This document shows positions 1 through 12,250 of a stretch of DNA of 40,520 bases, piece by piece. The notes beneath the pieces are model-generated. The model was not told the DNA's origin, searched no databases, and worked only from the letters and a program-made list of their open reading frames with translations. Position numbers and translations under genes: made by a program. Numbering within the stretch: the stretch's first letter is position 1; every line of letters begins with the position of its first letter. The DNA comes from Paraglomus brasilianum (taxonomy: Eukaryota). Where the stretch lies: assembly GCA_910592345.1 (NCBI GenBank), contig CAJVPI010000235.1, forward strand, positions 1-40,520, in the 5' to 3' direction.

Positions 1-2395
1 ATTTGCTTGTTTTCAGGTATTATCGCTATTTTCGCAAAAAAAAATTTTTTTTATTTTGTGATGATCGCACCATTTTGCAGTTTCAAGTAATTTCCACGTG
101 ACACAGACAGAGCAGATGCCGAGAGAAGATTCATTGTTCATGAAGTCTTTGCACCGGTGATTTTACAGACAGCGATCTAAAGTATATAAAAAATAATAGA
201 TTTTTGTATGCATTAAATAATTGTTTTTGGATCCATCAAACCACAGAAAACGTATATTCGATTCTATTTCCCGTGGAAGAAAAGCAGATTTTTCTGTTTA
301 CACACATCTATTGGCATCCGAAATAGATACATTTCTTCAAAGAAATTAATTTTATGGATTGCGATTTTAGTAAAAGTTGAAAATGAAATGAAGGTGCGTG
401 ATTTCGATGGATGGTGTCACGGAAATTATTAATGATTTGATCGGACACTGAACGAGTAACACAAGCAGGCACGGGAACAAGAGCATGGGAGGCAAGAGCA
501 GACATAGTTAATACTGATAATAATAATAGAATAATTAGTAAGCGTTACTAAAAATAGATTAATTAGTCCGTTCAAAAGATATAAAAGCAGCGCAAGTATC
601 AGCTAGTGTCGTGTGTTTTGCAATGTTTAATTCATCTTTATTCCTTATATGGATTGTTAATAAACGAGTATCGCATTTACTCTGTGCATAAACATTTGAT
701 ACCTTATTCTCTGACTTTCATTAAACCACTAATCCCTATATTAATATCGGATAAGAATAATGGCTACTTATTCAGTGATTATTCCCTGAAACATGTTTTT
801 TACAGTAAAAACCCATTATACCCCAATCCGATAGATTGCCATTTAATCCACGGTAAGCTCACTCGAGGACGAATTAATTATCGAGGATTAATGTCTACAC
901 ATCGACATTGAAGTCGCAAGTAGAAAGCCTGTATTAAAGGTTAACTAAAAGTAGGAGAATCACACTCGGATCGAATTAGCTAAATCCTTACGAGTTAATA
1001 GTCAACCGCTCTCCCGTGATTGTTGACTCGACAATACGGTTGACATATTGTCGGGCCAGTATGTCTGAGAGAGCAATACTAGCTGATGTGAACAGTAAGT
1101 CTGTCCTAGTAAGTTAGTTTTCTTCCTCAGTTAATGCGTTTACCCACTCACTTGCATTTACGCACTTGCTTAGATTGCACACACGTTGTCTCAATTATTC
1201 TCAAATCGACCGTTAGATTTAGAATAGCTATTCCGCAGTAATAATTCAGATGTACAGTATAAACAACAAATATTTTTCTGTATAGGATTTGGTCGAACGA
1301 TGGAATGATACCTATGGATCGAATAAATACGATGGAAAACAACTAATAAACTTACGATTGGAAAATATTTCAACTGGCGTTCACTGTGATCTCTAATGGC
1401 AGTCTGGTAATCTCTAGCTTTTGGCATATACAGAACTTACAGCGCCAAGAGCTTAATCAGTTGTACGAACGTTCTCAGTAATACGATTATAGCCCTAACA
1501 ACTACAACAATAATTCCCACCAATGCTCACTTGAAGATATGAAGCTACCAATTCCAATTACTTGTTTATTTAAAAGTAATAATCACAACCATTGTGTTTA
1601 CGAGGACAAGTTACAAGGTGTCTGACATATTAACATTTATTCATAGTATAAATACTTAGTTGTGTCATACTCTGTCTGAATATGTATCATGCTCACACTT
1701 TCAAACATCAACGATGAACTTGATATGCAAAGAGAATCAAACTAATATCTGACATGTGCTGATTCGGAATAGACATCTGACATATGTCAGTTATGCCATA
1801 GCAATATTCAGTATTAGTATGCAGTGATTCCGTATGTTGATCAGATTGCTATTTCGGGAATATTACAAAAGCATTTAAATCTTAAAGCATAACAATAAAC
1901 GAATTATATATGATGCAGTGCTTTTGGCATTATTTTACGGAATGAGCACTCTTACTTTTTAAATAGGCAATCGAAAATAATCACGCGCTTTTTTGTTCAC
2001 CATATTAATATGATATTAAATTTCGATCTGCAAGATCGACACTTGCATCAAACAAGCGGTTTTATTACTATACAGGTATTATATTCTCTATACAAATAAC
2101 TAATTCGGTATTAATTGTAAGAACAGATTTCATTGTTTTTGGAATGGATCTCGGAGATAACGCGCTGCCAGCGTGTGTACCAATAGCGTTGGTTTTCGCA
2201 TTTTACTTGTGGAAACAAACTATATTACAAAATTAATTGATTATAAATATTATAATAATAAAGATAAAGTTTAACGGAACGGGTATTAGTATACTTTTTA
2301 AAGACATAAATGGTATAGAAATTGTGAGGTAAGCCATATTATAAAGCGGATTAAAATATCATAAATTCTAGTTATAAATAAATATTGCAATAGTC

Positions 2396-2890
2396 TTAGT
2401 CTTTAAACGTGAAAAAAGCAGGAACAGCATCAGGCGTCACATCACGTGGCATAACACCGATGGTCGTATCCGCACAGGCCATCAAGTTGTCTCGATCCAC
2501 TATGCCAACTGCAATAGTGTATGTCGTAGGCGAATAGATCAGCTCTTTTGTTATTTTGAATGTGGTTCCAGCTGGCATTGGACATGCAATTCCAGGTATG
2601 GCGCAAAAACTCACATCATAAATTATGCGATTGTTATTATATTCCCTCAATCGAGTACTAAGCTCAGAACCTGGGGGAATAATTCGTGTCGATGTTCCGA
2701 ATATAGTCAAGGTGGCAGGGCTCCCAGGCACAAGCGGGTCAGGTGAAAGTGTTACATTGAGTGAATCTGGACTGGAATTATAATACGAACATGGCCGAAA
2801 CTCTGTTCTTTTACGAGTCTTATGTGGAATGGCATTAACCATGGAAATTGTAGCCAATAAAATGATTACAAAAATAAATGTCTGCTTCAT
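2396..2890 (-). CDS. Secreted MD-2-related lipid-recognition (ML/NPC2-like) domain protein, intronless
   Basis: ATG at 2890 gives MKQTFIFVIILLATISMVNA (signal peptide), then IPHKTRKR (Kex2-like dibasic site) and FRPC...LNVTLSPDPLVPG...SFCAIPGIACPMPAG...MACA, the ML-family Cys/Pro pattern. The track start at 2914 is a TTG. Confidence 0.85.
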   Translation of the reverse strand: MKQTFIFVIILLATISMVNAIPHKTRKRTEFRPCSYYNSSPDSLNVTLSPDPLVPGSPATLTIFGTSTRIIPPGSELSTRLREYNNNRIIYDVSFCAIPGIACPMPAGTTFKITKELIYSPTTYTIAVGIVDRDNLMACADTTIGVMPRDVTPDAVPAFFTFKD

Positions 2891-3829
2891 ATTTTTGTAT
2901 TTAGTTTTTGACAAATTGCTGCTGGTGTTGCCTTTTTATACTATTCGAACCGACAATCGTTTCGCCTTTCATGATTGGAGAGAGTGTTTGCAATTTTAAT
3001 ACACAATGCGTTCGGATGTGTTCAAGTTTAGATCATCGGCGATTGAGAAACTGGGGAAATTACTTCGTACTACGGCTTATATTTGCGGAGAACACATTAA
3101 ACAATGTCTTTCGAGTATGTTACAGTAATGGTAATTCTGACACTATTTGTTGACGATTGTGTTACATATTTCGCCGAGATCTTTACCACATTTGCGTGCT
3201 CCGCCATGCATTTCATGTGAATTTATACAAATTTGTAATCCATGCAAAGGAAAGCGCATGGACTTTTCTTGTGACAATGCAAATTAACCATGAAGCCTAT
3301 TTTACTATCCGTACAACCACATCTCTTTGCATCAAGTCTACCGTTGAGCTGTTTCCAGCAATGGTAATGCTAAATAGAGACTTATTGACCTGATCGATTG
3401 CACAGGCTCCAGATTAACCATTTTAGCAAGTACTTATGTAGAGGTGTATCATTTATTGTTTACACCTGTTCATGCAGATGGTGCGTTTACAATTCATTCG
3501 CTCAGACGCTCGACAGATACAAAGTACAAGTGAATTATTAAATAGGTTATCAAACAAAGGGGCAAAAGGCGAACATATGGATATAGTATACTAACAAGAT
3601 CTTTTGTTCTGCACACGCTGTCCCATGTGTTATAGAACATTGTCAGTCGAGCCCATCATTAGATCGATGCGAAACGAGCACGAGGTATCGTTATCCAAGT
3701 AATTTAGAGTCTATTCTTCCAAGATCCAAAGTTGTAAATATTTAACATACAGTATCTCCGAAACCATAAATATAAGGGAAAAACAATTGATATTTTTGTA
3801 CGACGAATGCTATTGGATGACGAATTTAT

Positions 3830-3843
3830 AAAAAAAATTTTGA
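3830..3843 (+). promoter_or_regulatory. RRPE-like (AAAAATTTT) motif upstream of a ribosome-biogenesis gene
   Basis: AAAAAAATTTTGA lies ~40 bp before the NOL8-like ATG. The background is AT-rich, so a chance match is plausible. Confidence 0.25.
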
Positions 3844-3883
3844 ATCACACCTTTTATTTTTACCACGACTGATACGAATCAAC

Positions 3884-6321
3884 ATGAATCAAGAAAGTAA
3901 GGAACAGAATTGACCGCGTTTGTTGGATCATCACAAAAACTTTGTCTTTAAATGGTTATTGTGCATTTTTCCATATTCGACAGTAAAACGTGTATACATT
4001 GGCGGACTATCCAAGAATGTGAATGAGCAAGATATCGCTAATCGATTACGTCCATTTGGATCGATAAGTAATGTGAACATAATCTATCAACAGGAGACTG
4101 GTAACTATGTTAACTAATTGTACTGATTTTTATTAATATCTTATTGTTTTTCCCAATCTTTGTAACAATTCCTATCGTTAAAGGTGAAAGTCGCGGCTTT
4201 GCATATGCTACAGTAAAAACGACTCCAACTCTGTGGAAAAAATGTAATTGAACGGACAAGCAAGTTTGTATTCTGTTCAGATTATCTTGTAATTTCGAAA
4301 AAAAGATCATAACAATAAACTCAATTTCACATCAGGCGTGTCGACACTCAATGGTACAATTTGGAAGGGTATGAAATTACGGATAGAGGATGCCAAGCCC
4401 GATTACAAAAAACGGTATCTTTATCGAGAAAATATTATAGTTGGGGGAATCTGCATTGACGCTGTCATTTTATTTACCCGTTTGTTTACTAACTAAAGTT
4501 TGCAGGATCAACGGGAGCAGGAACATAAACCGGCCGAGCCTCAGGTATCAGGCACACACACATCAAAGAAGAGAAAGCAAGATACGGTTACTTTGGCAGA
4601 TGACATGAATTTGGTCACTGACAAGAACGCCGATGGACGTAAGGTTAGGACTCGAGCGTGAAAATGGGTTTACCGTCATTCATCTTGTCACCTGCGATCT
4701 AATATTATCATACCATTCAAGGGATGGAAAAAAGCACGATACGGAAGAGCAGTTGCTGTTATGCGGCTTCGCAAGGATGATGGAACAAAGGTGTTATGGG
4801 GGTGGTCACAATAATTCAATACGCGTGTGAAGATCCGTTATTTAGGTATCCGTTCTTACGTTTAGATCTCTTGTCTAGGTTGTGTTTAACCCGCAGCATT
4901 ATCAAAATAATCTCAAACGGTTTACCGAACGCGATTTGGAACTATTAGAACAGATGCCGTCTGACGCATTGTCGTCTGAATCGCGTGCAGTCAATAATAA
5001 GAGTGACGGTAAGCGAACAATAATCAAAGCATATTTTATGCCAACACTTTTAACCGCTGATAGGTCATACCAATTATGCAGAAGTCAAAGATAATTCAAC
5101 AATCAAAAATAACGTAATACAGAAGACTATATCTGCTATTCCTACTGTCACTCCCACTGTCACTCCCACTGTCACTCCTACGGCTACTGTTACTCCCGCT
5201 GCTGCGCCTGCTACTCCTACTGCCACTCCTACTGCCACTTCATCTGCCTCTGCGATTCCGCCAACGATAATAGATGGATTACAGAAATTGAAACTTATGA
5301 AGGAGAATAAAGACAACATGGCAAATCTAAAGATGGTCTCATCGCAATCACCATCAATAATAGACGGACTGAAACAATTGTCATTGGGTAAAGATAAAGA
5401 AAAAGATCAAAATACAAAGGCTAAGCAGGTAATGGAAACGGACGACCTTATCGCGAAGAATCTAGCCTCCACGCCTATGCCGGCTGTATCAAAAGACGTG
5501 CGGGCCGAGATAAATACGGATCTAAAGCAATTGTTTGGTCCGGCTGCGGTGAAACGTATGTTGGTCAAATATTTCTATTGATATTTATTTGTGTGGTTGT
5601 ATTGAGTGTCTTATTTACGATCTCGTTGTGTTATAATAGCTAGTTCTGGATTCTCACTATTCAGAAATGACGATGAAAGCTCAGAAGACGATGACGAGGA
5701 TGAGGATGGAGAAGAAGAGTATGAGAATATGGGTGAATCTACGGACCAGGATGATGATTCTGAAGATGAGAGTCCGATTAACGCGGTATCAAGTACCCAC
5801 AAACAACCGGTATGTGTACATTATGTTACGAGAAATCGCTCTTTTCAAGAGCAGCCGCGTTAATAATATTCTACTACTTGTGACAGCAGAACCCGAAAAA
5901 TAAAGCGATAGAAAGTCAGAGCATGATACCGGCAATGTCTGAATCGGCGCCGTTGTTCTTCTTTCATTTTGGAGACAAGTCACTGGAAAAGAGGTTGGTC
6001 AATTATGCCTAATACAGAAATTTTTGCCCTTTGTGATTCCAAGTCATTGAATTTTACTTCTTTGTCTAGATCCCATTACAGAGAGTCGAAGACATTTATG
6101 CGCACTGAATCCATGCAAGTATTACAAGCAAAAATTGTCATATTTCAGATGTACCTATACTAAAATTAGTCTTTGTGAACAGAGACGAAATAACAGCACA
6201 GTGGGAGGAATCACGGAAAGAATTGACAGCCGAGTTTAAGAGGAAACACAAGTCTGTGACAAAAAAGCTTTCTAAACTGAAGAAAAAAGGATGGTACACG
6301 GAAGGCAAGATACAGGATTAG
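3884..6321 (+). CDS. NOL8: Nucleolar RRM protein, NOL8/Nop8-like (multi-exon)
   Basis: Spliced reading MNQEIKRVYIGGLSKNVNEQDIANRLRPFGSISNVNII...GESRGFAYATV...CVSTLNGTIWKGMKLRIEDAKPDYKKR (RRM with RNP1/RNP2). It continues through an acidic tract and a C-terminal FMRTES...WEESRKELTAEFKRKHK; stop TAG at 6319-6321. Some internal exon borders are approximate. Confidence 0.75.
5141..5240 (+). repeat. Coding 12-nt tandem repeat (CCYACTGYCACT; PTVT/PTAT) inside the NOL8-like gene
   Basis: cctactgtcact cccactgtcact cccactgtcact cctacggctact ... cctactgccact cctactgccact. Confidence 0.85.
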
Positions 6322-6505
6322 TTCGAGGCGAAAGATGAGTGAAGAATTGCGACAAGTTGACAAAGGATTGCTGAACGAGATAATAGTCTAATTTCATGTT
6401 AATTACATGTTAATTATTAATATTCTATTTGCACGTCATTTCATTGTACATGATATGTCGCACATCAAGAGTCCGCGAGCTCTTTTACTAAGTAGTAGTT
6501 GTTTG

Positions 6506-7304
6506 TTATGCATCAATCACAGCCATTGTGTTAATCGCTTGTATTAATGTGTCCTCATCAGAAGTAGTAAATAATGTAGCAGGATATACTTTGCTGCCCC
6601 ATTTGGGATGGAGAAGAATCTTGCAACAGTTGGCGTTTTGTGATTGATACTTGAGAAGCTGTTCTGCCCCGACTATTTCTGGATACCCCGAGGGACCGGG
6701 TGATGAATACATCTAACGGGGAGGGGGAGGTAAAGAATCATATAATACGTTATATACTGTGGAAGGACTTTGTACACACAATTGGATGAGCTGTACGTTA
6801 TTGTAGTAGAATAGAATTACCGGATATCCTGATGCTGGGTCAACCAGATCGGCCCAATGACCACGAGCTTTCAAGTATTCGCAGATTGCCTTGCCCCATT
6901 CAATGAACTTGTGGGGGAAAAAGAAATGATGATGAATGCAGTGAAACTTTGGATCGGATAACTGGCAACGCAAATTAGATTCAACAGTCTATAATCAGGC
7001 AACATACATTTTCAAGTTTTTCATCCCTTTCTTTATCAACAACTTCACCAAAAGCTGCCAGATCATTGACACAGTTTTGAAATGTGGGGATAACCAGACA
7101 TTTATCTAAATCTTTTACTTCGGGAAATACACTCTTCAAGTCTCTGGCATATCGACTCGATGCTATCGAGTGGATCGAATATTGAATGCTGAATTTTCTG
7201 TTCGATGAAAGTAGAAATGTCCCTTCTGTTGATGGCAAGAGTATCGTTGGTCGATTGTAGCGAGATTTCTTTTTTAATGTTTGAGTGGCTGTTAATTCGA
7301 CCAT
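6506..7304 (-). CDS. MMADHC: MMADHC/CblD-like cobalamin trafficking protein (3 exons)
   Basis: Exon 1 is 7304-7008, exon 2 starts at 6907, exon 3 is 6712-6506. Motifs: RDLKSVFPE, LVIPTFQ, ERDEKLENFIEWGKAICEYLKARGHWADLVDPASGYP, CCKILLHPKWGSKVYPATLFT, all typical of the MMADHC family. Confidence 0.88.
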
Positions 7305-8036
7305 TTTTTTTTTCATAAAAAAATATGTACACCATCGCGGAATATTTGCTTTTTATAAGGGATGTTTAATCACGTGGTAAACATGTGAGTAATACTGCTA
7401 CGCTGATTTCTTCACAAAGAAAGTCTAGGCTGTCATGTCAGATTGTAAAAGTCTCGATCAAAATAATGTGTATCTGGAATGACGTTACGCGAATTACATA
7501 ATTACGATTATAAATCTTAATCTGTCGTTCGCATGCTAATACTGTAATACGCATAATTGCTAAACTCACGTGATGTGAATTATGCAAGACAGTTTACGGT
7601 TTACAAACATGCAGGTCGTGCGTCTCATGCTTTGACTAAACAATACGTCACTGTCAAAGACAATGTCGTGTTACCGTAGGAAGAGATAATGCATGTCTTT
7701 AAATCGGATGTTGTCCGTGCTAACATTTCAGTAAGTAGCTAGTTCACAATACGGCCATGTCCAAATTCAGGTAGATCAAGAAGTACACATTCTCTGGACA
7801 TGGATTCGTGGACCCGCAAACAGTAAGCATCACAACAACCAAATAATTCATCATAACGTAGCATAAATATTTTAATATAATAAACATGCATTTTCAACGA
7901 TATCCTTTAGAAAAGAATATCAATGCTAAGAAATTTGATAATTCAAATATACAAATCTGCAAGACTAATGATAATTTATACATTTGTGAAGTTTACAAAT
8001 TAAGTAATACTTAACAATCAATGATATCATAGTAAT

Positions 8037-11000
8037 CTACCACTGATACTCTTCTGGAGGGATCCAACCATCTTCGTCTCTAATAACTATCTCACCCTTT
8101 TTGTTCTCGTCGCCTCCACTTTTCTCGCCGTCTTCTTCAGTTTGCTGACTTTTCTGATTTTCAGAAAAATCTTTCATAAGAGCCAGCGCATCTTCGACTT
8201 CCATACTTCCCCAATCAATAAAGCTCTCTTCGATCGCCAACTGCACCCCGGTATCCTCTTCTCGCTCATCGTCTTTTTCATCAGCATTCGACTTGGGATC
8301 TTTTCCGTTGCCGAGGCCACTCTCACTGTCACTGCAAGCAGTACTTGTACTTTTGTTGCTTTTCATGCCTTTCTGAATCTCTTGAAAGGCCATCATCAAA
8401 TCTTTGTAATTTTTGCTGCTGTCATCGTTTTCGTCGTCGTTATCCCTTTCTGTTTGCTTATTCGCATTTGGCGGTTTCTGCTTTTGACGTTTAGATTTCT
8501 TGTGCGCTTGAGAACTTGACCCCGAAAACGAGTTTTGGCCCTGCTTATTGCTTGCAGTATTTTTTTCACCCTGTGAATCTGGAAGATCTGGTGAAGACGT
8601 CTCTTTTAGAGGAAATTGACTTAATTGCCATCCAAAGACTCTTTCCTGACGAGAGGACGCCTGAGACGAATGAGACGATGATCTGCTTTTGTGGACTTTA
8701 TCCGATTCTCGTTGATGCGAACGAGAACGGTCATTGTCGAAATCTCCACTATGTTGTTCCTGAGAGGGTCTATGTTGTTCCTGAGAGGGTCTATATTTCG
8801 GGCCATTTGGGCCATTTGGGCCATTTTTATTATTATTATTGTTGTTATTCTTGAGGGTCTCGCAGTCTCTAATATGGTGACCTGGCTTTTTGCAGTAGTT
8901 ACTAATAAACCACAAAATAGAAATAAGCTGGTGTCAATGCGATTATCTAATAAACCAAACAAACACGGTATTTCTATTGTATGTTGTATATGTGCGCACC
9001 AGCGTTTATTCGGACAGTCTTTTGCCACGTGTCCGGTTTTGGAACAATAGTGGCTGAAAAAGCAACAGAGCACGAGTGAGCGATCACACTTCTTATTAAA
9101 TCATAAAGCATTTTAACGAGTATCATATAACAGGGTAATTGTTTCAATTTTGATCTAAGAGTTCTTACCAGGTTATTTCGTTTGACTTATTAGGACAGTC
9201 TTTGGATATATGACCGGGTTTCTTACAATAATAACTAATAGACATTGGAGTTAGTCAACATAACTCTAGTAATGGACTATTCTGAATTACAACGTGCCAA
9301 CGTTACATACCATATCCGCTCGGAAGGCTCTTTCGGGGGGGCATTCTCATTTTTTTTACTAATGAAAGTTTAAAGACGCACATCAGCAAATAAGTCAAAT
9401 AAATACTAATAATCGACGCGTAGTATCCATACCGATAACCATCCTGCCTATTATTGTTGCCACGTTTTTCTAATGGAGCGATACAACTCACGTCAATCAG
9501 TAACTTTCCATCAAAACGATTAAACATTTCAATATTTGCAGCAACTTAAGATATCTCACCCCCGGCCCAATCTTCGCTCATAACATTGTCCGTCCATATA
9601 TTGTTTTTGTTACGTTCGTTTGGTTTGGAAGTAGAATTCCGACCAAAATTTGTCCGATTTCGGCCACCCAAATCTGGAGTCCCCCAATTATCAGCGTCTG
9701 GAGCTGGCCGGTTCGCTGGACCACGACTGTCACCAGTATCTGAAGTTGACCAGTTCGGAGGGCTCCAATTCACCGTCTCGTCGATTGACCAATTTGGGGG
9801 GCTCCAACCACCAACGCCCGGAGCCGGCCGATTATTTGTCGAGCCCCAACCATCAGCGTTTGGAGCTGACTTATTCGTAGATTTCCAATCATCAGAGACT
9901 GAAATTGACTGGCTGTTACTAGAACTACTATCAGCATTCGGAGCTGACTTGTTAGTCTTCTGCTGACTCCAACCATGAGTAGCTGAAGACGCTTTATTCG
10001 TAGATTGAGCTGAATTATCGTTATTTGGAGCTATTGGCGTAAAAGTAATGTCTGGAATATCGCTCTTGATAAGGTCCCCAGCTTCTCGTTTTTCTTTGAC
10101 ATTTGTTTTCGAATCATTTCTTGCCTAAAAAATCCCCCAAATTGATTAACATTCTGATAAACAAGTGAGAACTTTCTTGAACACACCAACTTTTATCGAC
10201 ATACTTCAGCTCCATTCGCCTCCGCCTGATCTGCCGTACGTGAATCTTCATCAAACGATATATCCTCCTGATGAGTAAATTCCGTCTCTTGTTTATATGC
10301 AGAGTTCATCTTGCCGGGTTTAACGACCAAATCCGGTGACACGTCATCAGGAGATTTCTGTTCATGACAACGACAACAGTATGTACTTATGTGGATATGC
10401 ATGTCTGTTACACATCCTTGACACAGTCTGTAATATAGTTCATTACGAACAGTTTTAATTATATAATACTTTTTTATATTTGGATCAAATGTAAATCCAA
10501 TAGTGATCCAAACGTTGGTGTTAAGAATGTCCGGATAGTCGACACATAACTAGCGTAATTAATTGATCGATTAATAACGCGCACCCAGGTATAAATATCC
10601 CATACGTCTTCGTATCTCACCTTGTAATAAAATAAACCATCTGCTTTATCCGGCACCTCGAACGGAATCAGTTCCACCCTCTCGTGGATAACTGCATCGC
10701 CATATAATTTTTCGTCAAAGCGCTCAAGCTTGCTATCAAATTCTATCCAGGTGAATGGGATCCATTCCAAGTAGGCTTCATTTGCAGACTTTGTTTGCTT
10801 TTGTGATTTTTTAAGAAATTTGTCAAGTCTCTTATCATTGGCGGCCAATCCTCTTAACTCTTTCTGGCCACATATACACCATACTGCGCTACACCTGAGT
10901 ATCTTACACACGGTACAGTATCCATAAACCCAAAAAGACTTTTGAGCTACTAGATAGTAAGTGTTCTCGTGTTTTGTAAACCCTGTTATCCATTTATTGC

Positions 11001-11352
11001 GATTCTTGAGTAATGATGGATATCTTCGGAACTTGTTGATGTTGGGCAGATTTATATGCTTAGACGTCGGTATTGAATGGATCTTGGAAAATGTTGCCAT
11101 AAACTCTGGAGTCAACTTGTCCTGCGTTCCAAGTGGAAACAAGGCTTCCGTCACTTTCTTGTCGTTCACATTTCGTGTGGCATATAGGACGCTTTTAGAC
11201 GCTTGTGGTGTGACTGTAAATTCTGACCCATCGATCCATTGAATGTGTGCTGTCGATGGTTCTTCTTTACTATCATTGATCAATTGGTCGATTACAGAAC
11301 ACCCTGAGAGGGACTTTGTAAACACTTTAGAAAGTTTTTGGAAGAATGCCAT
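8037..11352 (-). CDS. ~903-aa, 8-exon protein: degenerate kinase-derived Cys modules, GW/WG-rich disordered region and three CCHC zinc knuckles
   Basis: Exons 11352-10621, 10549-10205, 10124-9560, 9469-9433, 9358-9311, 9234-9169, 9053-9000 and 8901-8037 join at GT-AG sites with matching phases (2712 nt, divisible by 3). Knuckles: CYYCKKPGHISKDC, CHYCSKTGHVAKDC, CNYCKKPGHHIRDC. The N-terminus has YGYCTVC...WCICG...LDKFLKKSQ...YLEWIPF. The 5' start is uncertain. Confidence 0.65.
8749..8850 (-). repeat. Short coding tandem repeats (21-nt x2 = RPSQEQH; 9-nt x3 = NGP; poly-Asn)
   Basis: On +: ctatgttgttcctgagagggt twice, gggccattt three times, then (tta/ttg)n. Confidence 0.85.
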
Positions 11353-12202
11353 CAATGTATCCAAAAATTATCATCGTTTGCAAATATAAGGGTTTTGGCG
11401 TAACGTTGAACGATCCAATAACCATTGACATCCAAAATTGGTCTGAGAAATAAGTGGAATTGACGGATTTGGGTGTTGCGATAATCTAAAGCTGAACATT
11501 CAAACTTGTAATGGATGTGCCATAAACTGTAATCCACATTTTGTTTCGCAACATTTGGTTGTTTGACTGGGGATTATTGTAAAGAAGCACACAATTTTGA
11601 GCACGACAATGGTAGGCGTTACCATCACGGTTGTTGTTATTATTATTATGTCTTTTTGAGTCGAGATTGGCTCACCTTGATGGCAATACTTATGATACAG
11701 ACCTTAAATTTGCACTGCTGGGCATTGGAAGCATCATGATTCGGCGAAAGATTCATCTCAAAACATAATGCTGCTTAGATTGTAATCAACCAATTTTATA
11801 GATTTCATATTGTCTCAACCATGAGTTTAATCAGTGAAAAATTCTTTTAAAAATGTCGAATCTTTAACTTTATTAAAATTTACAATTGTGTTGTTATACA
11901 GTATAAAAGTTTGCTTTTTGACATCACGTGTTATTTACAGATAATCTTTGGTTCCGCCTAAGATGATTGGAGGAGTTCCATCTAGTCTTATTTCACATCA
12001 ATTTCTTCACAAGTTTTCCCAGAGTGATACGGATACATGTCGGTTCGTTAAAAAAATTGTGTACTTCCATAGCCGAGGACCTGTTTGGCGTTGTGTTTTT
12101 TCTTTTGGTGAAAATTTGGCCCATGTTATTGCCAAGTCATTTCGAAAATGTTGCCGCCCCGTATGGAAACTTTATGGATGCCGTTACGTTCACGCTTCTT
12201 TT

Positions 12203-12250
12203 GAACTCGGCAACGAGCATGTTTTGGCATCGTATTTTGTTGCCGAGTTC
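12203..12250. repeat. 12-bp perfect inverted repeat followed by a long T tract/A tract
   Basis: GAACTCGGCAAC (12203-12214) and GTTGCCGAGTTC (12239-12250), 24-nt loop; T run then A run at ~12257-12280. Confidence 0.8.

Noticed and set aside
300..1600. Stop-riddled coding-like sequence on the minus strand, possibly a retroelement relic
   Set aside because: No recognisable RT, integrase or gag motif and no LTRs; cannot be assigned without a search.
4415..4498. GTATCTTT donor in the NOL8-like gene as a U12 intron
   Set aside because: Does not match GTATCCTT, and the branch site (TACTAAC) is U2-type.
8860..9234. CCHC knuckles as retrotransposon gag
   Set aside because: Interrupted by spliceosomal introns, with no adjacent protease, RT or integrase.
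8142..9966. Plus-strand ORFs overlapping the zinc-knuckle gene (and similar antisense ORFs over MCD4, MCMBP and ELO)
   Set aside because: Shadow frames of real genes on the opposite strand, with no motifs of their own.
11352..11700. Upstream extension of the GW/knuckle gene (LRNKMWITVYG resembles a third module)
   Set aside because: In-frame stops and frame changes prevent a supported model.
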